Origin: Lytechinus pictus
Lineage: Eukaryota
DNA: 64,000 nt
Assembly (NCBI RefSeq): GCF_037042905.1
Contig: NC_087252.1
Span: 27,468,001-27,532,000 of the forward strand
Direction: 5' to 3'
Shown here: positions 11,774 through 22,189 of the stretch, in pieces
Layout of the letters: every line of letters starts with the position of its first letter
How positions within the stretch are numbered: the first letter of the stretch is position 1
The notes under the pieces: generated by a model
What the model was told of the DNA's origin: nothing
The model's input: the letters and a program-made list of their open reading frames with translations, nothing else
Databases searched by the model: none
Made by a program: the position numbers and the translations under genes

Positions 11774-13796
11774 CTATTTTATTCTGATGAAAATCATTGT
11801 TGCATACAGTTAGCTTTCCATAGTCGGTACACTTTTTTTGTCGCCGTTTTTTAGCCGTTTTCTAGCCCTTTTCTAGCCGTTTCCTGTTGGGAAAAAGGGA
11901 GAAAAAAGGGAGAAAAAACGGCGAAAAAACGGCGAATCACCCAAACCAGTCTGGCTCACTGTGTATGCAACTTGTAAGCAGCGAGTGACGTAACCTTAGT
12001 GAATATAACGCCGCAATTGACAATACAACGCAGTTATATTCACTGGGGTGACGTCAAAACCCAGAATATAACAAATGTGATCCTCGCAGCTATGGTCATG
12101 TGATGGCGTATTGACCTATCACTGATTCGAATCTACATAGCCTATGTAATATTATACAGATATTGCCTACCTAAAACGAATCCACATAGACTATTATATA
12201 GTCTATGTGGATTCGCCGTCAGAGATTGCATTCATCATCTTGCTCCAACCCGAAATTCTTGCTACAGCTCTGATCCATCTACGTCATAATATATTTTTCA
12301 AGCGCGTTATGCATGCAATCGACGCGTTTACACTAGCGCGTAAATCAAATAAATTACCTGATTATGCAAACTTGTAAGCAGCGAGTGATGTCACCTCAGT
12401 GAATATAATGCCGCAATTGACAATCTAACGCATTTATATTCACTGAGGCGACGTCAAAACCTAGAATATAACAAATGCGATCCTCGCAGCTATGGTCACG
12501 TGTTGGCATATTGACCTATCACTGATTCAAATCTACATAACCTATGTAATATATTGCAATATCCAAAGGACACGAGGTAAATAGATATCTTGTGTATACA
12601 TATATTTTCCTAGTTCGACAAGGTGATATTGTCTAAGGATTGAGAGGTAAAGAAGTGCACTTCATGACCTTACCACGAACCTGCAACAGACCCATATGTC
12701 TTTGGGTTAAAAGGCAGAGAGGAGGCAGAGAGGGTGTGTAGCTTTATTGCTAATCATCTGTTCATTTACTTGCCCCTTTGCTCTCTGATTGTTTTCTTGT
12801 AAATATATATCATGCCTATGTTATGCTATGATGTTTGTCAAGGAATGTTTTGCTACGTGTATGTATGTCAAAAGTCCCATAGGAAACCATCATATGGAAC
12901 CTGTGTTTATTAAAGCGTGTTTGTACCTGTCTTTTTCCTGAACTCATTTTACTTTTCCAAGATGGATAATCTCCAAATCTTGCTGAAACGTTAGAGTAAG
13001 TCCTTGAATGATATACCCCTTTCATAAACCCAATTATGCGGCTAATAGCAGCATAATTTGGTCGTAAAATCGGAGGAGGACCAGAGTTATCCGCATTATT
13101 TTGATGCTGCAATTATCCGCATAATAGCGGCATCGGGACCAGATTTTGACTTTATGAACGCATTTCCAAATAATACCTCTTAACGCGTGAAGCGAGTTAA
13201 TGAGAGGTTATCTCAGGTCAGACTAGCTGGACAACAACATAGCCCGCCAGCGGTACGTAACAGGTGTTTTACAAGGAAGGAGCCTGGTCAGGCGAATTCC
13301 TTTGCCCTGGCGGAGATATGTTGCGATGCCAAATATGGTATTTTGTCGGACTTCACGAGGAGGCGTGGCCAAAAAATGTTGCGTTGCGAATTTTGGTATT
13401 TTTCGGACATTACAAGGAGGCGTGGCTAAAAATGCTACGTCGCGTTAGCTGACGTGGTAATTTCGGGAGGGGGCAAAAGCCAATTTCTAACAAGTTAGCA
13501 TTCTTCTTCGTGGAGTCGATTTGAAAGCATCTTCCATCTCAATTCACCTGTCTTGTGCAACATACTTCCTGTATTTTTGTTATTCGTTCGTTGAACTCTT
13601 TAGTTGTGATCCTTCTAATTGTCTTTCTTACCCATTCATATATCTTAAAGAACGCTTCGCAGTTGAGAATTTATTCTTTTATCTAGGAACATACCTGTAT
13701 ATTTGTGTTATATCCGTTTGTTGGACTTTTGAGCTGTTAGGAGTCACAGTTTGCTCTAAGGACTTTTCAATTTCGCCACCCCTGCATTATTCAATC

Positions 13797-14906
13797 ATGC
13801 CCAAGGTTAAGCCAGGCAAAAAGTTAAGTCAGAGGAAGTCTACTCGTCGTTCGGTCCGAGATGCCGCCAGCCAGCCTTCTCCTGTCGACCTCGAGACAGA
13901 CGTCGGCCAAGTTTTTACTTCTACGCAGAGCCCAGCTGCTGGAAGTTCGGCGTCGACAACCAACGGTGAGTTCGGGACAATGGGGGGCTCCTGGCCTCTT
14001 GTGACTTCTCCACAAGATCCGGTCATTCCCCAAATTCAATCCCAAGCTTCTCCTTCTATCCCTCCTGCCCATGTAGTTGAGGGGCTTAATAGTCATGATA
14101 ATTTTACACCAGCCCCCAACCCTCCTTTTCCTACGCTGTCTGCGCAGCCAAATATGCTTAGCTGTGTGTGTGATGATTTGGGCGGGGAGGTGCCTTCCAG
14201 TGTTAAGGAGAAGATTTGGAAAGGTGAATTTGTAGAGTTAGGTGGATTACTAAAAAGGGAAAGCTTAAGTGAGGAAAGTTCCCAGTTGCAGGCCTTCAGC
14301 CTTTGTGCCACCGGGTCCGCTTTAATGCTTCGCCCCCAAAGCAAGGCTCCGGTGATCGCCAGCATAGAACAGTGGACATCTGCGTTCATTATTTACGCGT
14401 CTATATACTTGGAGCGACACTGTATGCGTGCGCGCGAGCTCCTCAAGTATATGGATATCGTTCGCTCTATTGTGCGTTTTGGGGGTTTCAATTGGCGGGC
14501 CTATGACATTCAATTTCGGTTACGTCAGGCCCGTCATCCACATCGTTCCTGGGCTGTCATAGACACCGAGCTATGGCTGACAGTAGCTTCGACGCCCGGT
14601 CGAGCAGCGTTTTCGTCTTTTGGGGGTAACCAGCCCTTTCGGCCATACGACCGGTCGTTTCGGCGGGGTAGTTTCCCATCCTCAGGATATGCCAACAGAC
14701 AAGGGGCAATTCGGGCCCCTGGCGCCGCGCCTGCCCCCTTCCGCTCCTCACCAGTCTGTTTCGCCTTTAACGCTGGGTCATGCCAACGCACCGCCTGTCG
14801 TTATGCTCACCGGTGCGGAAAATGCTCCTCAGCAGCGCATGGCTCACACGCCTGCAACTCTGCCGCTGCAATCGCCAAACAGAAGCCTAGCTCCAACTCC
14901 AATTAA
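13797..14906 (+). CDS. Gag-like ORF1 with C-terminal Cys/His zinc finger
   Basis: MPKVKPG start, KEKIWKGEFVEL, WRAYDIQFR and CFAFNAGSCQRTACRYAHRCGKCSSAAHGSHAC, typical of YR-retrotransposon ORF1. Confidence 0.88.
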   Translation: MPKVKPGKKLSQRKSTRRSVRDAASQPSPVDLETDVGQVFTSTQSPAAGSSASTTNGEFGTMGGSWPLVTSPQDPVIPQIQSQASPSIPPAHVVEGLNSHDNFTPAPNPPFPTLSAQPNMLSCVCDDLGGEVPSSVKEKIWKGEFVELGGLLKRESLSEESSQLQAFSLCATGSALMLRPQSKAPVIASIEQWTSAFIIYASIYLERHCMRARELLKYMDIVRSIVRFGGFNWRAYDIQFRLRQARHPHRSWAVIDTELWLTVASTPGRAAFSSFGGNQPFRPYDRSFRRGSFPSSGYANRQGAIRAPGAAPAPFRSSPVCFAFNAGSCQRTACRYAHRCGKCSSAAHGSHACNSAAAIAKQKPSSNSN

Positions 14907-16470
14907 ACTTGGCAGCATGCTCCCATTTCTTAGACGGCACCATAATCAACATAATGCAGCTTTTCTGATTTCTGGTTTTAGGTTGGGTTTTTCATTGGGT
15001 TTCACAGGCGAGCGTCGCTCTGTGTTCTCGCGTAATTTGAAATCTGCTAGGGAGCATAGGGACATGCTGTTGGAGAAAGTTGGTAATGAAGTTAGTTTAG
15101 GGAGAATGTCAGGTCCTTTCCAAGACCCGCCTTTCGATAACTTTCGCTGCTCCCCGGTAGGGCTCGTCCCCAAGCGAAATCCGGGAGAATTCCGTCTAAT
15201 TCAGCATCTATCTTCTCCTCGGGGGGCTTCGGTTAATGACCACATTGATTCCGATTTATGTTCCGTGAATTACACTTCATTTGACAAGGCGGTTGATCTC
15301 GTTGCTCGCTTGGGAGCTAGTGCTCTCATGGGAAAAACCGATATAAAATCCGCTTTTCGCTTACTACCAGTGAATCCCTCCGATTTTGACCTTCTGGGGT
15401 TTTGCATTGATGGCGCGTATTACTTTGATAAATGCTTGCCAATGGGCTGCTCAATTTCATGTGCCCATTTTGAGCGTTTTAGCACTTTTCTTGAGTCATG
15501 TTGCCGTGAAATTGCGAATTCAGAGCAAATTTTGCATTATTTGGATGATTTCTTTTTTGTTGGCGCAACACGGCAGGAATGTCGTTCCTTGATGTATCAT
15601 TTTAAGGCGATGTGCGAGGTTTTTGGCGTCCCGATAGCGGAGGAGAAGACTGAGGGGCCCGTTCCCACTATCATATTTTTAGGGCTTGAAATCGACGCGG
15701 CTGAGCAGAGAGTTCGGGTACCCAAGGAGAAAGTAAACGTGTTACAGGCAATGCTCATTGATTTTGTTAAGAAAGATAAGCTCTCGTTGCGGCAGTTGCA
15801 GTCGCTAATTGGCAGCCTTAATTTCGTGTGTAAAGCCGTGGCTCCCGGAAGAGCCTTCCTAAGGAGACTTATCGATCTTACTAAAGGGGTCCGCACCTCA
15901 AACCACCAGATAAGGCTTTCACGCGGCGCAAAAGAGGACATGCAGGCCTGGCTTACGTTTCTGTCCGATTTCAATGGCACAGTTATGTTTTCACACTCAA
16001 CATGGGTAACTAATGCTCATTTTCAGTTCTTTACTGACGCTGCGGGTAGCATTGGCTTTGGTATATCCTTCCAGGATAAGTGGGCTCAAGGGAAATGGCC
16101 AGCTGAAATACTGGAGAAGAATTATTCCATCGCTTTTCTATAGCTTTTCCCAATAGTAGTCGGTATACGTATGTGGGGGGCTCTTCTAGCTAATTCTAAG
16201 GTCTTATTTTGGTCAGATAATCAAACAGTTGTTCATGTTGTTAATTCCTTAACTTCGAGATGTCCTAGTGTAATGAAACTGGTTCGTTTGCTTGTAGTTC
16301 TTTGTTTGGAACATAATATTATGTTCAAAGCACGTTACGTGCCAGGCTCTCGCAATGAAAAGGCTGATGCCCTCTCTCGTTTTCAGATGGACAGGTTTCG
16401 CAGGTTAGCACCAGGCGCAGATCTGGCTGGCAGCAAGCTTCCCGCCCATCTTTGGAGCAGCTTCATATAG
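14620..16470 (+). pseudogene. Reverse transcriptase-RNase H ORF2, interrupted by one in-frame TAG at 16141-16143
   Basis: FRLIQHLS, KTDIKSAFR, LPMG, YLDDFF, FTDAAG, SDN and NEKADALSR. ORFs 14620-16143 and 16171-16470 share a frame (SIAFL*LFPIVV). Confidence 0.93.
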
Positions 16471-17372
16471 AGAGAGAGCATCTGTTGTTTTCTTCGCGGG
16501 CGCCCGGCACTCATCATACTTATAGGAACGCTTGGTCTGTGTTTAAGCAGTTTCGGCTGCAATATCATTATGATATAAGTATACGTCCTGACGTTGAGCA
16601 GGTCGCTCAATTTATTGCTTATCTCTCCTGGAATGGGTATGCGGGGGCAACAATAAGTACATATATATCAGGCCTGGCTTTTACGATGCAAACATTGGGT
16701 TGGCCTGATGTGACTGACGCGTTTGTAATCCGGCGGCTGGTAGACGGGTGCAGGCGGAAAAATGCTCGCCGTGATACCCGGTGTCCCATAACCCTGCCTA
16801 TTCTCAAATCCATCCTAAATTCATTGACTCACGTATGCGTTAATACGTATGATCTGGCATTGTTTCGGGCTGCCTTTCTAATCGCTTTCTTTGGTTTTCT
16901 TCGAGTAGGGGAGTTCACGTCTCGATCTAGACATGAACTCGTTCCTTTATCAGAAAAAGATGTTATTATTCAAGGGATGGGTAATCAAGCAAAATTGCGC
17001 ATTGTGATTGCGAGGTCTAAAACAGATCAAACTGGACGTGGATGCTCGATTTTAATTCCACAGAATGTTGTTTCGTATTTATGCCCACTTCGCGCTGTAA
17101 ATGATTACCTCGCTCTGCGGAGCTCGGTCGGCTCTGCCTTTTTCCGTCACTTTGACTCGTCACCCCTAACGAGGCACCAATTTGGCCAAGTTTTAAAGCG
17201 TGCCATTAGTTTTTGCGGGCTACCCGTTGCTCATTTCTCTTCCCATTCTTTCCGTATTGGGGCGGCAACTTCTGCAGCCATGGCAGGTGTTCCCGATGTT
17301 TGCATTCAAAATATGGGGCGCTGGGCTTCCAACACACACAGATTGTATATTCGACAACCTCTCCCCCCTTAA
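16452..17372 (+). CDS. Tyrosine recombinase (phage-integrase family) ORF3
   Basis: Catalytic set intact: GFLRVGE (R), RSKTDQ (K), HSFRIGAAT (HxxR), GRW and LYIR (Y). Confidence 0.95.
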   Translation: MEQLHIEREHLLFSSRAPGTHHTYRNAWSVFKQFRLQYHYDISIRPDVEQVAQFIAYLSWNGYAGATISTYISGLAFTMQTLGWPDVTDAFVIRRLVDGCRRKNARRDTRCPITLPILKSILNSLTHVCVNTYDLALFRAAFLIAFFGFLRVGEFTSRSRHELVPLSEKDVIIQGMGNQAKLRIVIARSKTDQTGRGCSILIPQNVVSYLCPLRAVNDYLALRSSVGSAFFRHFDSSPLTRHQFGQVLKRAISFCGLPVAHFSSHSFRIGAATSAAMAGVPDVCIQNMGRWASNTHRLYIRQPLPP

Positions 17373-19949
17373 TTTAAGCAATTTTGCCAGTATGTTTATC
17401 ACCCTTCTATGTTCAATACCAGTTTGTGCACAATTTAATATCGACCTAATGTTTATTTGTTTTTGTTTTTTGACAACCCCTAACGAGCAGTAAAAATTAA
17501 CCTTACTCTCTCTCTCTCTCGCTTGTTGCCATGGTGACGCAATGGTTATCTTACCCGTTAATAGTTCCACGGGCGCAGGCAGAATTGCTCGCCCACTGTT
17601 AGTAGATTGTGGTCTTTGCTACACTTATCGTGTTTATGGTAACTATGTACCCCCCCCCCCCCCCTTTTTAGAATGTACAATTGGTGCCGCTGTTTCTTTC
17701 CTTTTCTCTCTTCCATGTGCAGTTATTTGGAGTCTCAACGTGGGTTGTGTCAGCATTCCACGGAATCGTAAGAGAGGAAGGGGACAATTCACGTTTCGCT
17801 GACGCGGGCAGTCCCGCTCTAGTTGGGGGCGGGCCCTCACTACTCGGCACGTGGCCGGGTCCTAAAACTCAATACATCCGCGAACAGGAGAACACTTGAT
17901 TTCTTTGTCGCGGAGCGAAATCACTAGAGTAACAGCTGTTTTACCTCCGTCGAGGACTCGCTGGCTCGGACAGTTGGAACTTTTTTATGAGCAGATGTTA
18001 TGACCTGAATACCTTATCCAGAACTCACACGTGGTATCATCAGATCTCACGTCCTTACTACAAACTTCACTATTTACTGACTAAGCCCCGCCCCCCCCCC
18101 CCCCCCCCGCCTCTCCTTTATCTTAGTGCACTAGACTCTTCGCAAGTGGACTGAATGAGCATGAATCCTCCTAGATGGTTTAATTGTGCGTCCCTGTTCG
18201 TTTAATGCACCCTCCCCCCCTTTTCCCCGCTTCTTAGCGTGGACCTTGTAAATACAGCATGGTTTGAACTATTGGCATCATATTGTGTTGTGGCGGCGGG
18301 CTGACGATGAGTCATCCCGTTTGGCGGCATTCCATTTTTTGCCACAACACATTATGATTCTTCACTTATTTTGGGCTTCCTGAGATAATATTTTTCATTT
18401 ATTTAGACCAATTTCGTATATTCCACTCCTCATGTTATAATGTGAACGGGGCTTGGTTCGTCACCCGATTTGGATGAGGCCACCAGCGAATTCCATTTCG
18501 GACCGAACATTAACGTTGCCTCGTTCACATTCTAGTTCAGGGCCGTTGGTGGGGCTTCTGAGCACTAGTTTCTGTTTTAAAAGTTTTCCTGCATAAGCTC
18601 GTGTTGCAAACGGGAATCTTTGCTTCGTAGCTTTGCAGATGGAATTTTATGTTGCCCACATTTGGCCAACATGACAAACTGGTGTCTTTGTCATGAATGT
18701 GGATGGACTGTTTTAATTGTCAATTGAGGAGATTGGTTTAATAACTTTAATTTTTCGCATATGACACATCTCAGGAGGCTTTACGTTTATATTATTATGT
18801 TTTGATTGTTGCATTATATTATGTTGGCTTTATTTGACAACACACCATTTTGCATTTTGGTATACATCATTTGGATGATGCTTTTCAGAAACAATTTTTA
18901 TTAAACTCCACGGAAAATGCATTTACTCGCCTCTCGTGTATTTTGTCTGGGTTGAGATAATGCGGATAATTGCCATGGTGCGGTCACAAGGTCACCCTTT
19001 TCCAACACAACCGCATCGGAGGGGGCGTGTGCAGTTGTCATGACGATTATCCGCCTTTTTCAGGACGGGCGCTCGTAAAAATAGTGCGGATTATTTTCGG
19101 AGTTTGTGAACGCAATTTGTATTGAATTATCCGCATTACTCTTAGGCGGCTAATTGGAGGATGGGTTTATGAAAAGGGTAATAGATGTCTAGATCACGCC
19201 TCCATCAGATCAGCCAATAAGGAGATTTTGAAACAAGTGGAAGGGGATGACCGAGCGGATCAAAGCTCTGGATCTACCTCATATTTACATACATCTCCTA
19301 CTAATGTTCATTTGATAATTACGTTCTGTTCGAGAGATCAGATTTATACAAGCCTTGCTTCTTAGCTTGTCTCTTTGTTTTCATTTATTTTCATACAACT
19401 ATTCACATACTTTTTTAAAAATGTTTGATATATCTATATTTGTTTATTGTATTATTGTTTGCCATTGTTATTACCAATTTGCAAGTGTACATGTAAGCTC
19501 ATTATTTTTGTTTTTTGGTTTATGATTGATTTGTATTGATTTTCATGTAATTTATTTGTATTTATGTATCTCTGATTTGTATGTTGAAAAAAGGGATCAT
19601 ATAAAAATGAAATAAATCAAATAAATTTGAATTCAAATTCAGATCTGCAGCGGAAATGTGGATCCAAAATAAGGGCTTTATGGTGGTTACTCCAGTCAAT
19701 GTTGCACCAGTTAAGGAGAGTATGCTGCTAAGAATTGAGTTATTTGCACTGCAAGACATTTCTCCGGACTGGCAAAAGACTGGTAAACAAATCATCAGAG
19801 GCAAGGGGAAAGCTTATTTCAGAAAGATTGGAGACACTTTTCCCGATCCGGAACCCACTGATGAATTGACATGTTGGACTTGTGCTGCGGTAGATATTCT
19901 AACTTGAGTCATTGGAGCACGAGTGAGACCATGGTTGACTAGATAAAAA

Positions 19950-20362
19950 AGGTCATCATATCCTATGTTTGTTGGGCTAGAGAACGACTGAACACCACTG
20001 CCCTCCAACTACTGATTTCCAATGTGTTTGCTGCATATCATACTGAGGAAATGTATCAAGCAATAGCTGAAGCCAGTGGTTTGTGAGTCTTTGTTCCACC
20101 TACATGCACGGACGAAATACAACCTCTCGACACCACGGTGAACGGCATGTTCAAATTCCTGATGTGGTTTGCAGAGAACGTATCATCAATTGTTGGTCAG
20201 AGGCTTGAGGCGGATGCCATCACATCTCGCTTGTCTCTTTGCATGGCTACCATCAAACCTGTGCATGCTCAGTGTCTCATTCGCACCAGAGAGATCATAT
20301 CTAATGAGGTAGAGATCATCAAGGAGGAGTTGAGAAAAACTGGAATTGTTCAATCTCTGTAG
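19950..20362 (+). pseudogene. Decayed pogo/Tigger-type (DDE_1) transposase fragment
   Basis: FVPPTCTDEIQPLDTTVNGMFK contains the QPLD motif; upstream LLISNVFAAYHT; stops and frameshifts present. Confidence 0.75.
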
Positions 20363-20617
20363 GATGCTAGTGAAGACCCAATATCTCTGTTCGATGACAG
20401 TGATGTGACCAATGGTATGATGACTATAAAGTTTTGCGATACCTGAGACAAGAACTCTGACATTGATTCGCACTTGACAATGGAATTTTCATACTTGTTG
20501 CATTGATACAGCACTTTCCTACTAAGTTACGGAATGTTTTGTGATTTATACTCGTTTACAAAGTAATGGAAAATTTTGGGATTTTTCACAAGAGGGAAAC
20601 AAGGAAATTACACAAAT

Positions 20618-20999
20618 CAGGGTTCCCAGCTTTTCAAGAAAACAAAATTTCCTGATTTTTCCCTGATACTTAGTTAAACCTATTCCCAGTTTCGCATGTT
20701 CTTTAAGTTGTTGCATTGAATTACATGTATTTTCAGTATAAAACAATAATGTAAAACTAATTAGTACCACCATAACCAGTCATTCAATGGATGTTGTTTT
20801 GATATGCAACAAAATAAAGCAGAGTCTGACTGACTACCGTGCTTTCAACTTCTAGGCTGATAAAAAATCCCTGATTTTTCCCTCATTTGAGGCATTTTTC
20901 CCTGATTTGAGGTATTTTCTATCAAATTTCCTGATTTTTCCCTGACTGGAAAAAAGTACAATAATTTTCCCTGATTTCCCTGGTGGGCTGGGACTCCTG
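20618..20999. mobile_element. hAT-like MITE
   Basis: cagggttcccagc...gctgggactcctg ends and ttccctgatt repeats; no clear TSD. Confidence 0.6.
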
Positions 21000-21143
21000 A
21001 CGAATTGAAAATCATGTATTCAGCAGTGCCACAATGGCACATTATTTCATGATAATCTGTGAAAGTTTGGAGATCTGTCTGAACTACAAAAGTTTTAATT
21101 AGTTCAACAAGAGGAAAATTACAAAATGAAAGCTTATACTCAC

Positions 21144-21329
21144 TTTGGCACTGCTTCGCCCGGTGATAATGAAGTGGCTATACTACTTCCAGGTTGACTG
21201 ATAAAGAAATTCTGTGATGCATTCCACACTGGGTCAATCAGGCATTCGTGCTCGTGACCCCAAATAACCAGGTCAATAAAGTTGTCAAGGAACTGCTCGG
21301 GGATGTAGTTGTGCTCTCCATGCTTCGCT
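21144..21329 (-). CDS. MRE11: MRE11 exon, motif V ([15 protein letters not shown]...VIWGHEHEC...[20 protein letters not shown])
   Basis: WGHEHEC and QPGSS motifs; cag and gtgagt junctions; 186 nt. Confidence 0.98.
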
Positions 21330-21523
21330 CTGTAAGGGAAATAGGTTTGAAAGTTAAACCAATAAAGTAGGAGAAGATGATGATTATCATGAAAAAGGGA
21401 AAGGGGAAAGAAGAAGTGAACACACAAAAAGAATAAAACTGTCAAGGAACTTCGCGGGGATGTAGTTATGCTCACCATGCTTTGCTCTGTAATACATGAC
21501 GAAAAACTTCCATTTGAGAACAC

Positions 21524-22067
21524 TATACCCCAGTTCCCCTTCTCATCAATTCTCTTCTCCAAGTACGACAAACCGTAACTGCCCCAAGCAAGCAATTTAA
21601 GTATCAAAACACCCGTTTCTTGACGTCGGTCCGAAGATAACACAACAGCCCGGCATAAACAGTCACAGCAGGGGGCCACACACGATGGGATGCATGCGCA
21701 GCGCTGAGTGCGGTCCCCGTAAGCATGCCGTCATTTTTATTCGCTTACTTTCCTTATTTCGAGGTCGATTTTCTTCGTTCAAAATTGAAAATGGACTAAC
21801 ATTGGATTACAGAATACAATATGCCTTTGAAAACGTGATTAAATATGGAATACAATAATTTCATTCCAAAGGTCCTACTACAGGCAGAGAAGTCTTACGT
21901 AATAACACAGCTGTTGTTTATCTTTTCGTCCTTTGCTCAACGCTCATATACTGGCCTGTGGAGGTGAAATTGAGACAGCGGGGATTACCCCTGGATTACC
22001 TGGCCAAGCGCGGTTGATAAGGGCTTGGAAATGATTTTTAAGAGATCCAAATGGAAAATGGGGTATA
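21524..22067. mobile_element. Non-autonomous TIR element with 4-bp TSD (Academ-like), inside a small MITE (about 21495-22125)
   Basis: TIR TATACCCCA/TGGGGTATA; ACAC at 21520-21523 and 22068-22071. Confidence 0.65.
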
Positions 22068-22189
22068 ACACCACAGTTTGCAATCTGAACTGCGGTCTTT
22101 CTACAAATGGGGGTTTGACGTAATGACTTGACGATAAACAAAATGAAATAAAATGGAAATCCTTATTTTATTGTTCGAAAAGAAAACAT

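Larger units (their letters stand above)
6640..11963. mobile_element. Non-autonomous CMC (EnSpm/Chapaev-like) DNA transposon, 5.3 kb
   Basis: TIR CACAGTGAGCCA/TGGCTCACTGTG; 3-bp TSD TAT, confirmed by the empty-site copy near 12357-12370; many (A)AAACGGC/GCCGTTTT subterminal repeats at both ends; no transposase seen. Confidence 0.85.
6361..12551. mobile_element. Head-to-tail pair of a short palindrome-rich element (Crypton-like): copy A 6361-12150 (interrupted), copy B 12150-12551
   Basis: Both copies begin tattatacagatattgcctaccta and end cctatgtaata, with shared internal sequence and hairpins. The Crypton label is from recollection of similar non-autonomous elements. Confidence 0.6.
13170..18961 (+). 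mobile_element. Tyrosine-recombinase retrotransposon (DIRS/Ngaro/PAT-like), near full length, antisense within an MRE11 intron
   Basis: Overlapping gag, RT-RNase H and YR ORFs. It interrupts a MITE; ATAAT occurs at both junctions (13170-13174, 18957-18961). Confidence 0.92.
13014..19180. mobile_element. Small TIR MITE split by the YR retrotransposon (halves 13014-13169 and 18957-19180)
   Basis: TIR tacccc ttttcataaaccca / tgggtttatgaaaagggta; ATA on both flanks; ttatccgca repeats in both halves. Confidence 0.8.

Noticed and set aside
13521..13796. N-terminal extension of gag in the ORF track
   Set aside because: Starts at TTG in T-rich leader sequence; the first ATG is at 13797.
17542..18100. 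Ngaro-type SGNH hydrolase ORF4 after the recombinase
   Set aside because: Only short ORFs; no GxS, GxND or DxxH motifs recognisable.
18295..18340. Hammerhead ribozyme (CTGACGA in a three-way junction)
   Set aside because: No GAAA core strand or stem II in the required place.
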